Assembly: GCF_001194135.2 (NCBI RefSeq)
Contig: NC_069005.1
Span: 15,421,051-15,485,050, forward strand
Reading direction: 5' to 3'
DNA from: Octopus bimaculoides
Taxonomy: Eukaryota
Length of the DNA: 64,000 bases
The number at the start of each line of letters is the position of its first letter. Positions within the stretch are counted from its first letter, which is position 1. The notes under the pieces were generated by a model that searched no databases, was not told where the DNA came from, and worked only from the letters and a program-made list of their open reading frames with translations. This document shows positions 26,362 through 38,873 of the stretch, piece after piece. Both the position numbers and the translations under genes were made by a program.

Positions 26362-27309
26362 GAGGCAAATAGATCTCAGTTAGCTTCAGTTGTTCAATCA
26401 ATTCCCTTATCTGATCATTGAATTAATGCTTAAGTGACTGAGTATCCTACAGAAGTGTGTGCCTTTAATATAATCCTTAGGCAGAATCAGCTTGAATTAC
26501 AGGTATAATTCATCTGAAAGGCTTCGACACAATTTCCATGTAACTGGTTCTATTCACAAGGCTTGGGTTAATCTAAGGCTATGGTTAAAGACATTTCCTA
26601 AAATTCCACAGTGGGATTGAATCCAGGATTGTGAGGCACACTCCTTAACTATTCAGCCATGTTGCTTTAATGTGTGTGTGTGTGTGTGTGTGTGTGTGTT
26701 CAGTGCTCATTCATAACATAATCCTCCACCTTTTTATTCAGTCTAAGACCTTGCAGTTACAGTTACACTTTGCTTTGTTGATGAGGCCTAATAAGATTGA
26801 AACATGTCTGGAGTTGTCACCCATAAAGATCAAATTCACTTCCAATAGCATTTGATACTTAATTAGGTTAAATTACATTTTGGGATTATTTTCTCTTCCT
26901 TTTTTTTTTTGCCACAATTACTCATTTAGATAATTTGTTCTGAGCAGATTCGTTAAAAAAAATATAAACAAAAGAAAAATGCTACCATTGTCATTATAAT
27001 CCTCTTCCTCATTATTTTGTTTGTTCTTATATCTGGTAGAATCTATGTGGGTAGCAGGTATCCACAATCTTTCAATAATGGCAAACATTCTGTAGAAGCT
27101 CTACAGGGCATTCTATTCCAACCTCTTTCAACCACTCATCTATATCTTTGCTCACAATTCTCTGTACACCAATTACTATAGGCACAACTTTTACAATTCT
27201 CATATTCTAAATTCTTGCAGTTTCAAATTTTAAGTGAATTATTATTATCATTATCATCATTATTATATTTCAGCCCTTGTGGCCAATAAAGAAATTATTA
27301 TTATTATTA

Positions 27310-27359
<50 letters not shown>

Positions 27360-27796
27360 GTTATCATTATTGTTGTTATTATCATTATTATCATTATTAT
27401 TATTATTGCATGGTTTCACAACATACCCATACATAGGCCTGCGTGCCTTGGCTATGCATACTGTTACATTTCTGTATTTTCTTTTGTCTGAAAAACAATT
27501 TATGCAGTGTGTGTGGGTGTCGTACCAAGTGGCTTTATTTTCCCATTTTTTTCTTACCTTTCATTAGTCTTACCATTTTCCAGTCTTATTCTTATTGTTT
27601 GCCATGCACAATCAACTCTGTACAAAATCTCAATGTATGTGTGATATTCCTTTATCCACCTCCCTCTTGGCAAATAAAAGAAATTGCCTTTAACATCATC
27701 ATTATAACATAGTTGTTTATATTTGTATCCTTATAGACATGATATAATAACCGTTATTTTCATTGGTAGAATCAAGAAGAATGGAATTAAATTCAC

Positions 27797-27946
27797 CTGG
27801 AGGTTTCATTATTGCTGATAATTTCTCTGATTCATCACTGCTATTGAAATCCAGGTCTGGCTGTGTACTGAGGCCACTGAGGACACTCTCGTCGGAGTGG
27901 TGTCCCGAGGCAACCAAGATGGAAGAAAAGTCAATCAAGTCTACAT
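27797..27946 (-). CDS. RIMBP2: RIMS-binding protein exon: SH3-FN3 linker (DVDLIDFSSILVASGHHSDESVLSGLSTQPDLDFNSSDESEKLSAIMKPP)
   Basis: Acceptor ttacttctctcctcag|ATGTAG, donor CCTCCAG|gtgaat; 150 nt, phase 1-1, stop-free, joins the SH3 exon in frame (KVP-D-VDL). Confidence 0.75.
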
Positions 27947-28315
27947 CTGAGGAGAGAAGTAAGTGTAAATCACACCGTTAAATTCTAATACTGAAACAAC
28001 GAAACACAATAGACATGTTGCCTTGTACGAAGAAGTCTAAAAATGATATTCCATCTCTGATTTACAAATGGAAGAGCAAAAGAATACAGACACAATTGTG
28101 CATATTCGTCTTTTATTGTGTTTTTGTTTAAATTATGAAAAAGTAGAAGAAAGAAAAACCATGATTTAATTGATAAACAAAATACTTATCAAAGGCATTA
28201 TTATGTCTTGATAGATTTTGTGAAAAATATAAGAAAACGAATGAATTCATATTCAAGATTGGAGACAAGTAATGCAATGTTGCCAGATATTTCTGAAGAA
28301 GTATGTGCTTATGTG

Positions 28316-28377
<62 letters not shown>

Positions 28378-29769
28378 TACTTCCCAAAATAGCTTTTGTT
28401 ATGATTTCATTAATTAACATCTTAATTATTATTGCATTTTTTTTTAACCCAAGTCAAGGGAGGGCTATTTGGAAGAAATCTTTTTTTCAATCTTTAAAAA
28501 CTCATGCTTCATAATTTACAGATAAATGTAACATTTTACTGGCTTTAGTGACCAAGATATACATAGTCAAGGTTTCTTTGCTTTTTCTTTTCTTTGTCAG
28601 AAATAAATTTAAAACAAAAATCTGTGAATGTTAGACAACATACTGCTAATTAAAAGCAACAATTAGGATCTTTGCAATAAATTTTAATAACACTTTCTGA
28701 GTAACAAGCCACTGGATTTGCCTAAATAACTACACATGCACACGCAGCTATAATACACACATATACTTAGATATGTTATATACACACTCACACACATAAT
28801 ACACATATACATTTATGTATGTACACACTCACAGACAGATAGATCGATAGACATTTCTATACATTTTAATTCATAGTTCTTCACAGCAAATATCGAGACA
28901 TTGTGCTGATTAAATGCAATAAATAAAAAAAAAAAATTAAAGCCTTTTGGTTATGAAGTAAACACTGGATGAAGAAAAGTAAATTAGTGGTATCAAAAAA
29001 GAAAGTCAATAAAAACAGCAGCTGTTTCTTTTGAAGAAAAGCAAAGCAAGTTAAGAAGGAGAGATAAACAGGTAGAGAAAGAAAAGAGCCTGTTGGAAAT
29101 AAGTATGTAAAATATTAAGAGAAAGGAACAAGGATGGGGGAAAAGTACCAGAGCACTTAGCAATTCTCTTATATACCTGAAACAGTTGAGAGACTGTATG
29201 AATCTTTATAATAATGGAACTAAATGAAACATACACATGTGCGTGCGTGCATGCACACACACACATGAATGACCACAAATATGTCCATCCTCAGCACTTG
29301 CTTAAGGTATGAGCACACTGGTTGTTACCTGGGGGCCTTCATGGGACTAGGAGCTCAATTCTGATTTATACATGCTATAGCCTGTTGTCAATAAATAAAT
29401 ACTTATAAAGCTCAGTACATTGATTTGCCTAGGGGCCTATAATGCTGTTAAGATAACCCTGTCTATTCTTATGGCTGGAAGTTAGGGGCCTCGGACACAA
29501 CCAAATTCCTTGTCACACACTGAGGTCTTATGAACTTTACAGGGTCTTCCTTGCCCAATCCTTGATGTCAGAGTTCCATTCAACAATTCCACCCTATCAC
29601 TAAATCACTCTTCATTACATCAATCACTTTTTCTTTGTAACTGTGAGCCCATCACTAATTAACCCTTCTGTTGCCATATTTCTGTTGAAATGCACTACTT
29701 TTGCATCAATTGATTTCGAAAATAATAAAGAATTTACTAAAACAAATTTATTTTTATTAAGTTAATGTG

Positions 29770-30100
29770 AAAGCACATGGCTCAGTGGTTAGAGTGTTGG
29801 GCTCACAATCATGAGGAAGTGAGTTCGACTCCTGGACTGGGCTGTGTGTTGTTCTTGAGCAAGACACTTTATTTCACGTTGCTCCAGTTCACTCAGCTGT
29901 AGAAATGAGTTGCAACATCACTGGTGCCAAGCTGTATTGGCCTTTGCCTTTCCCTGAGATAACATCGGTGGTGTGGAGAGAGGCGGCTGGTATGCATGGG
30001 TGACTGCTGGTCTTCCATAAACAACCTTGCCCAGACTTGTGCCTGAGAGGGGAACTTTCTAGGTGCAATCCCATGGTCATTCATGACCAAAGGGGTTTTT
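29770..30100 (+). mobile_element. Octopus SINE family C (tRNA-like head plus ttgagcaagacactttatttcac core)
   Basis: catggctcagtggttagagtgttgggctcacaatcatgag...gagttcgactcc tRNA-like head. Other copies 9765(+), 16715(+), 23705-24030(-), 33595-33900(+), 46520-46830(-), 54120(+). Confidence 0.85.
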
Positions 30101-31482
30101 TACCCTTTTTTTATATCTCTAATTTACTGTGATCACTTCCTCACCTACTTATTGCCTCCACTTTTAGGCCTATTCACTTCTTTATCACTTCCACAAACCA
30201 TTACATTACTTCTCTGTCAAAACGCCTTTCGTCTAAAACTCTAGACTTTTTCACTGTTCACAACAATCAACCTTACCAATTACCACAGTTTATGGAACCT
30301 CTTGACTTTGGTTCTTATTTCGCCAATGTTTCTAATGTGATTACTATCCTTATTTCTTTGTTTTTGTTTCTGTCTGATACACATAAACTGAAATCAAAAA
30401 TGACCACATCACTCTGATCATGAAAGTGTCAAAATGGTGTCCATATCTGTGACAGCAACTTTGTCTGCTAAAATCATTTGTTTTATTGATCGGTTTTTCT
30501 CTTCATATTTCAATCATCTAAAGATTCCTTCAGACATAATTATAGGCTCCATTCTACTAAATCCCGAGAGTGGCACACCCATTATTGTATCCTTCTTGGA
30601 AATTAGTGAAACAAGTACTCTAATTACATTTGACAGCCTCTTTAAGATCACTGAAATACGAAGAGACAACTGCATAGTTCTGGGTTCAGTCCTGCTGCGT
30701 GGCGCTTGTACTGGGAAAGTAGCTTGCACTATAGCCTTGGGCTGACCAAAGCCTTGGGAGTGGATTTGGTAGACGGAACCTGTATGTATGTATATATATA
30801 TCTATGTGTGAGAATCTTTATGTCTGTGTTTGTCCTCCACCACCGCTTGACAATTGGTGTTGGTGAGTTTACATCCCAAAACTTAGCAGCTTGGCAAAGA
30901 GAGACCAATAAAATAAGTACCAGACTTAAAAAAAAAAGTCTTGGGGGTCAATTTGTTCAACCCTTTGAAACAGTGCTCCAGCATGGCTGCAGTCAAATGA
31001 CTGGAACCAGTAAAAGAATACATGTTAACTTGGCTTATGAAGATATATGGATTTATGATTATCTTTTGACACTCTATGACCCAAAATCTAATTAACTGGG
31101 AGAAAAGATACCTTCTGAGCAGAAAACTTTGAGCAATTTCTTAAAGTGGTCCTGTGGAAAAATTCCAAAGTTCTGCAACATAAGGCATCTATTAATAAAA
31201 TTTAATCGAAATTAATTTTATATAAAAATGGTGTTTACCATTTTGAAAACAAGTTTTGTTTTTAAATTAATAAATTATCTCTCTAAAATATATGCAATAA
31301 AAGAAGACACTTGCTTAAGGTGCCACACAGTGGAACTGAACCAAAAACCGTCTGATTGGGAAGTAAGCTTCTTACCACACAGCCATGCTGGTGCCTATAG
31401 CTTAACTACTTTAAGTTTATCTCAGGTTTTTCTAATACATGTCATTTTGTGTAATATATATATATATATATATATACATCTC

Positions 31483-32525
31483 ATCATTATCATTTAACAT
31501 CTGTTGTCCATGCAAGCATGGATTGGAGTTTGACCAGGGCTGGTAAGCTGAGGGGCTACACCAGACTCCAGTCTGATTTGGCATGGATTCTATGGCTAGA
31601 TGCCCTTCCTAACACCAACCACTCTGAGAGTGTAACAGGTGCTTTTATGTGGCACTGGCACGGGAGCCAGTTGCATTGCACCAGCATCTTCAACATCTGT
31701 GAGTTCACTTGGCTCAATGGGTTTTCTTCTCAAGCACAGTATATTGCCAAAGTTCTCAGTCATTTGTCATTGCCCCTGTGAGGTCCAACACTCGAAAGGT
31801 GCTTTTTACGTGCCACCAGCATGGGTGCTAGTTATGCGACACCAGCATTGGTCATATTGCCTCCCTGAGGCCCAATGCTCAAAAGGTGCTTTTGTGTGGC
31901 ACCAGCACGAGTGCCAGTTACATGACTCTGGTATCAGCCATGACTATGATTTCACTTGGATTGATGGGTCTCCTTTTCAAACACAGCATATCACCAAAGG
32001 TCTTGGTTATTAGCCATTGTCTCTGTGATGCCCAATGTTCAAAGATCATGCTTCACCACCTCATTCCATGTCTTCCTGGGTCTACCTCTTCCACATGTTC
32101 CCCCCAGTTAGAGATCAGCACTTCTTTACACAGCTATTCTTGTACATATGCATCACATGACCATACCAGCGCAGTTGTCTCTCTTGCACACCACATCTGA
32201 TGCTTCTTATGCCCAATTTTTATCTCGAGATGTTTATATTCCGTCATACATGCACACTAACAATGCACAGCCAGCGAAGCATGCTAGCTTCATTTCTTTC
32301 AAGCCTACACATGTCCTTTGTGGCTAGAGCCCATGTTTCACTGTTGTGTAGCATGGCTGTTTGCACACAGGCATCATGCAGTCTGCCTTCTATTCTGAGG
32401 GAGAGGCCCTTTGTTGCCAGCAGAAGTAGGAGCTCTCTGAACTTTGCCCAGCCTATTCTTATTCCAGTGGTAACACTTTCTGAGTATCCACCCCCATTAC
32501 TGACTTGGTCACCAACAGATGCTAT
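31483..32525 (-). mobile_element. 5'-truncated RTE-clade LINE of the same family
   Basis: Reverse complement of the 3' part of 16870-18110 including RWYGHVMRM and GRGRPRKTW text and the (GAT)n tail. Confidence 0.85.
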
Positions 32526-32620
32526 CCATTACCTCTAGCCTATCTTGCTGACATTTGATGGAGTCTATTTTTTTTTGCATAAAGAATGCATTAGTTTGAA
32601 GCTTGGTAAAAAAAAGAGAG

Positions 32621-32653
32621 TTTGACATTTCGAGCATAGCTCTTCATCAGAAA
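32621..32653 (-). ncRNA. Minimal type I hammerhead ribozyme motif (Penelope-type)
   Basis: Minus strand UUU-CUGAUGA-A-GAGC(UAU)GCUC-GAAA-UG-UC^AAA: all core nucleotides present, 4-bp stem II, 3-bp stem I, no stable stem III. Confidence 0.6.
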
Positions 32654-32843
32654 GGAGAAAGGGAAAAGTCCAAAGAAGGAAATGAAATTATCAATAGCAC
32701 GTGTGTAGTTACATTGCTGAAGTGTGTGGTTGTGTGAGAAGAAGTTTGCTTCCTCATGGTTCCAGGCTCAGCCTTTTACTATAGCCTTGTTCCGACCAAA
32801 GCTTTGTGAATAGATTTCGAAACTGAAAGAAGCCTACCATATA

Positions 32844-32877
<34 letters not shown>

Positions 32878-33138
32878 TCCATGTCTGTGTTTGTCCCCCC
32901 CACCACCACTTGACTGGTGTTGGTGTGTTTACATTTCTGTAACTTAGTGGTTTGGCTAAAGAGCCTGATTGAATAAGTACCAGGCTTTAAAAAAATAAGT
33001 ACAAGAGTAGACTTATTCAACTAAAATTCCAAAAGGTGGTGCCCAGGCATTGTCACAGTCTAATGACTGAAACAAGTAAAAGATATATATAGGGTCTCCA
33101 TTCAATAAAGCTAACTATGCAGTGCGCACGCACACATG

Positions 33139-33186
<48 letters not shown>

Positions 33187-34704
33187 GGTTTAATATGACA
33201 AACATTTCTGGAGTTTTCACCATCTTGCCAAAGATGAAACTCACTCTTGCATTGCATTTTCCCTGTTTTAATAATTAAAAAAAAACTGTTTTCTCTGTCT
33301 TTTTGGGGCAGAGTTAAGAAGATAATGATTGGTTCTTTTAACTATGGAAGTAATTAACAATTCTTGCTCACTATATTAAACTAGCTGCCCCACACAGGTG
33401 TGGCTAAAGGGCAAAATTCTTGTGACTCCAAGATACCTGCTGACAATATGGAAGGGTTTGCAATGAATTTAGAAGAGCTTGCAAAACATCTGAGTAGAAC
33501 CTGAACTTTCTGTGTGGGGCAAAACATCTATGATATTTATTTCACCTATATCTACAGGGTGTCCCAGAATGAACTATTTCAGTGAACTGGTGTGAAGGTG
33601 TGTGGCTTAGTGGTTAGGGTATTCAGCTTCCAATCGTTATGTTGTGAGTTCATTTCCCAGTGACATGTGTCCTTGAGCAAGATTCTTTATTTCACGTCAC
33701 TCCAGTCCACTCAGCTAGCAAAATCAAGTAGTACCTGTATTTGAAAGGGCCAGCCTGGTTACACTCTGTCACACTGAATATCTCTGAGAACTACATTAAG
33801 GGTACATGTGACCATGGAGTGCTTAGCCACATGCATCTTAATTTCACAAGCCTGTTGATTGGATCAACTGGAGCCCACATTGTTGTAGCCAATAGAGTGA
33901 CAGTTTTTCAGTAAATTTGAACAATTAAAAAAAAACTCTCTTTTATTTACCTTTATCAAGTTTAATATGTGTTAATAGTGTATAGATTTTAAATTTTGTT
34001 CATAATTTCATAATTTTTATAATTTTTGAAATAATTTTATCTTCATTCCTGTTGGATCCCACTTATCTGTCCATGACAGTTTTTTTCAATTTGGTCATAA
34101 TCATTTTCTCTAGGTACATCCCCAGAATGGAGCAATAGTTTAGTTGAACTTAACACATTCAGTTAGCAGTGCAGGAGATAACTCCTGAAATGAGCCAAAA
34201 CATTTTGCAATGCTAGGATAGATCTGAAATTTGCAGGGATACAGATGGATCACATGTTGAAAATTTTCAATAAAGTTTTGATGTAAGATTTAGAAATCTA
34301 TTTGTTATGGTATCATGATTAAGTAATAAACATAAAATTTTGTCAGTTAAAAAAAAAAAAATTGTTGATTTCATTAAAACAGAGAGTTAATTCTGGGACA
34401 CCTTGGATATATGTTAGCAGCTGAAATTTGTAGTTTCAACCTAGCCAAGTCTCACCATCCATGCAGCTTAGATTAATTACACAGTTTCAGGTCAACCATC
34501 ATATAAATTCAGGTTATTTGTTATAGAATTGTCTAAATATAATTACATTTTAGAAACATTTAGCATATGCAAAACTGAAATGTTTAATCAACAGAACACC
34601 AACAGAAATACAAACAACTGAAAACTTTCCTCTCTTCAAACATCAGAGTTTTAGCAAAAGAAGACAAATATCTGTTTGAATAAACAAAATGACAGGAGTA
34701 AATA

Positions 34705-34705
34705 G

Positions 34706-34759
<54 letters not shown>

Positions 34760-34985
34760 TGCTTATAATGTATGTGCGTGTGTTTGTCTATGTGAGTTGG
34801 TGTGTGTGCCTATGTGTGTATGTTTGTGTATTTGTGTGTATATATGTGTGTTTATGTGTTTCTGTTTGTATGTGTGTGTTTGTGTATACATGTGTGTTTG
34901 TATGTATATGTGTGTGTTTATGTGTCTGTGTATGTTTGTATGTATATGTGTAAGTTTGTGTGTGTGTGTTTGTGTATGTTTGTGT
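34705..34985. repeat. Degenerate (TG)n/(TGTA)n microsatellite field; representative of many (TA)n, (TG)n, (GA)n, (ATT)n, (ACT)n, (CAC)n, (CATA)n tracts
   Basis: Direct reading; other long tracts at 61-110, 190-250, 1690-1790, 2160-2265, 26256-26360, 27295-27405, 35625-35670, 61400-61580, 62690-62760. Confidence 0.95.
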
Positions 34986-35632
34986 CAGTAGTAGTTATAG
35001 TAGTTGCTCTGCTGGTGTTAGTAGTAATTCTAATAATTAAATAATAATGCAATAAACTATAAGAAACGCCAAAGTAGAAACGAAGAATTGGAATCTGACA
35101 AAGATAACACACAGGTATCTAAGCGTTATGGGATTTTGTCTTTTCTTTTTAATAAATAATATAAAATGCTTCCAAAATTTTAACTCTGACAACCTCACAT
35201 TTTGCTATCACCAGCTGCCTTCTAACACAGGATTTAAAACATGGCCAACCCACTAAAACCAGTAAGAAGAAGTGTGATAAGAGAAATTTAATTGTTAGCA
35301 ATGAGAAAGCTAAATAGATAGCAAATCAAGGAATATCACCTGCAATTGACTGACATTTTATCCAGGAAGAAATTTATCCCTTGTCTCATTTATTTATGTA
35401 TTATGTATATTTTCTGAAAGTTAAGCGTTGCTAGTAATAGGTTTCCAGCAGGCCAGATGTTATAATGGAAGACAAATAATGATATTGTGCTCAGACAATA
35501 ACTTTATAAATAAACAAGGAAAACACTGCAACAATTCCAAACCAAAGTGCAGTAAGGTCGGACAAATTACTGCTAAGCACCTTGCCCAGCAAGCTAACAA
35601 TTCTGCCAGCTCGCTGCCTTAAAAATAATAAC

Positions 35633-35673
<41 letters not shown>

Positions 35674-35690
35674 TAATCCTTTCTATAATA

Positions 35691-35861
35691 GGCGCAGGAG
35701 TGGCTGTGTGGTAAGTAGTTTGCTTACCAGCCACATGGTTCTGGGTTCATTCCCACTGCGTGGCACCTTGGGCAAGTGTCTTCTACTATAGCCTCGGGCC
35801 GACCAAAGCCTTGTGAGTGGATTTGGTAGACAGAAACTGAAAGAAGCCTGTCGTATATATG

Positions 35862-35904
<43 letters not shown>

Positions 35905-36125
35905 ATATGTTTGTGTGTCTGTGTTTGTCCCCCCAACATCGCTTGACAACCGATGCTTGTGTGTTTATGTCCCCGTAACTTAGCGGTTCGGCAAAAGAGA
36001 CCGATAGAATAAGTACTAGGCATCGAAAGAATAAGTCCTGGGGTCGATTTGCTCAACCAAAGGCGGTGCTCCAGTATGGCCACAGTCATATGACTGAAAC
36101 AAGTAAAAGAGTAAGAGTAAAGAGT
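35691..36125 (+). mobile_element. Octopus tRNA-derived SINE family A, best-preserved full copy
   Basis: Head ggcgcaggagtggctgtgtggtaag...gggttcattccc (A/B-box-like), body ggcaccttgggcaagtgtcttc, internal (TA)/(TG) tract, tail gaaacaagtaaaagag. Other copies near 6690(+), 8940(-), 11200(+), 15800(-), 25320(+), 30670(+), 32720(+), 38410(-), 41205(+), 41790(-), 45800, 48160(+), 53975(-), 57330(-), 63505(-). Confidence 0.9.
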
Positions 36126-37145
36126 AATAAGTACAAGGCCTGAAATTTTGGAAGAAGGGACTAGTTGATTACAGTGACCCCAGTGCTTGACTGGTGTTTG
36201 TTTTATCAACCCTGAAAGGATAAAAAGCAAAGTCAACCTCAATGGAATTTGAACTGGGAATGTCAAAGAAATTATGCTAAGCTTTTTTGTCCAATATGGT
36301 AGCAATTCTGCCAGCTTGCGGTCTTAATTTCAATTTTCAAATTTTGGCACAAAGCCAGCAAGCTGTTTATATCAACCCCAGTGTTCAATTGGTACTTATT
36401 TTATTGACCCTGGAAGGGTGAAAGGTAAAGTTGATCTTGGTGGAATTTGAACTCAGAACATAAAGCCGGACGAAATACTGCTAATCATTTTACCTGGCAT
36501 GCTAACAATTCGGCCAGCTCACCACCTTTGAATAAATAAGCATTACATTGAACAGAGTAATCTGAAAGAGTTAAATGAGTTTAGAGAATGGATGGGGGTA
36601 GATAAAGAGGTGATAGACATAAGTTTGTCAGAAAGATTGAGACAATGCACACAGTAATAGGAGTGGGGGGGGGTGATGTCAAAGATGAGTGAAGATACTG
36701 AGGGTCAACCACCATTCTGTGTCACACATGCTACCAATATAACTCTTTGGTTAAGTGGATATCTTCTGACTTCCTGGAAGCATTTCTCTTAAAGTGTCAG
36801 GTAGATTGAATTATGAATGAGAAGAATTTCCTCAAGAACAGATAAAAATGTGTATATACACACATATGTGTGTGTATATGTACGTATGTATACATATATA
36901 TAGATATATATATATGCATATACATACATATATATATGTACATATATGTAAGTATGTATGTATGAGTACACACACACACACACACAATTATATAAAGAGT
37001 ATTTTTAATTGCTATTTTGTGACACCATTGACCAGCAAAACACACACACACACACAACCGAAATAACTGCACTGGGTCAATAATTTAACATTTTCTAATC
37101 TACTTCTGACTATAACTGACATTATCGATCATGTGTGTGGGGGGG

Positions 37146-37819
37146 NNNNNNNNNNNNNNNNNNNNNNNNNNNNNNNNNNNNNNNNNNNNNNNNNNNNNNN
37201 NNNNNNNNNNNNNNNNNNNNNNNNNNNNNNNNNNNNNNNNNNNNNNNNNNNNNNNNNNNNNNNNNNNNNNNNNNNNNNNNNNNNNNNNNNNNNNNNNNNN
37301 NNNNNNNNNNNNNNNNNNNNNNNNNNNNNNNNNNNNNNNNNNNNNNNNNNNNNNNNNNNNNNNNNNNNNNNNNNNNNNNNNNNNNNNNNNNNNNNNNNNN
37401 NNNNNNNNNNNNNNNNNNNNNNNNNNNNNNNNNNNNNNNNNNNNNNNNNNNNNNNNNNNNNNNNNNNNNNNNNNNNNNNNNNNNNNNNNNNNNNNNNNNN
37501 NNNNNNNNNNNNNNNNNNNNNNNNNNNNNNNNNNNNNNNNNNNNNNNNNNNNNNNNNNNNNNNNNNNNNNNNNNNNNNNNNNNNNNNNNNNNNNNNNNNN
37601 NNNNNNNNNNNNNNNNNNNNNNNNNNNNNNNNNNNNNNNNNNNNNNNNNNNNNNNNNNNNNNNNNNNNNNNNNNNNNNNNNNNNNNNNNNNNNNNNNNNN
37701 NNNNNNNNNNNNNNNNNNNNNNNNNNNNNNNNNNNNNNNNNNNNNNNNNNNNNNNNNNNNNNNNNNNNNNNNNNNNNNNNNNNNNNNNNNNNNNNNNNNN
37801 NNNNNNNNNNNNNNNNNNN

Positions 37820-37820
<1 letters not shown>
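37146..37820. other. Assembly gap (N run); other gaps at about 2895-3337, 8832-8939, 49004-49313, 53181-53704
   Basis: Runs of n, most abutting (TA)n microsatellites. Confidence 1.
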
Positions 37821-37879
<59 letters not shown>

Positions 37880-38841
37880 TATATATACACATGCATACAC
37901 AGAATTTGGCTTGTCTGTTCTTGTCAAACTGTACAACCCATGCCAGCATGGAAAAAAAGGGCATTAGATGATGATGGTGATATATGTATATAAATTTATC
38001 CATTATTCAAAGACACAGGACAGATAATCTATGAAGAACAAGAAATAGCTGCCAGATGGAATTAAACTCAGATGTTTTATTAGGTATACAAAGCAGTGAA
38101 TTTGCAGAGTTATTTCAGGTTGGGGAGAATAATACCTCATGATATTTCTTCTGACTCTCAGTGTTCTGAGTTCAAATCTCACTAGGGCCAACTTTGCCTT
38201 TCATATCTTGTGTTCAAAAAAGATGATTTTGATTGCACAGCTTTGAGAAAACCAAATATGCCATTGGTTAGTCTGAAATCACAGTGATGAAACTACAGAG
38301 CTTTGTGTTAGAAAGGGTGGACCCAGCCAGATGTGATAATCGATTTAATGAAGCTACTGACCTTGATATGGGTAGCAATCAAAAGTGAAAGTAGATTTGC
38401 CTGTCTTTCATCTTTTACTCATTGCAGTCATTAAACTGTAGCTATGCTGGGGCAACATCTTGAAGAATTTTCTTTTAGTCTGATGGACTGACTCCAGTAC
38501 TTTTTCTTTTACTGAACAGCTAAATTATAGGGACATAAACAAACCAACAAAGGTGTCAAGCTGCAGTGGGGGACAAACACAGACACAAAGACACACACAC
38601 ATATGCAATGAGATTCTTTCAGTTTCTGTCTACCAAATCCATTCACAAGGTTTTGTTTAGCCTGAGGCTATAGTAGAAACCCAAGGTGCCATGCAGTGGG
38701 GCTGAACCCAAAGCCATGTGGCTGAAAAGAAAACTTCTTACCACATAGCCACTCCTGCACCTATATTGAGTACTCAGTATTTCTTATGTACCATTCTTAG
38801 AGAAAACAGAAGAAGTTATTAAAAACAGATAATGAATATGT

Positions 38842-38873
<32 letters not shown>

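Noticed and set aside
29770-29845. tRNA-like sequences at SINE heads (also 23960-24030, 33595-33660, 35691-35760, 46760-46830)
   Set aside because: Each continues into a SINE body and lacks a clean cloverleaf or terminator; these are not tRNA genes.
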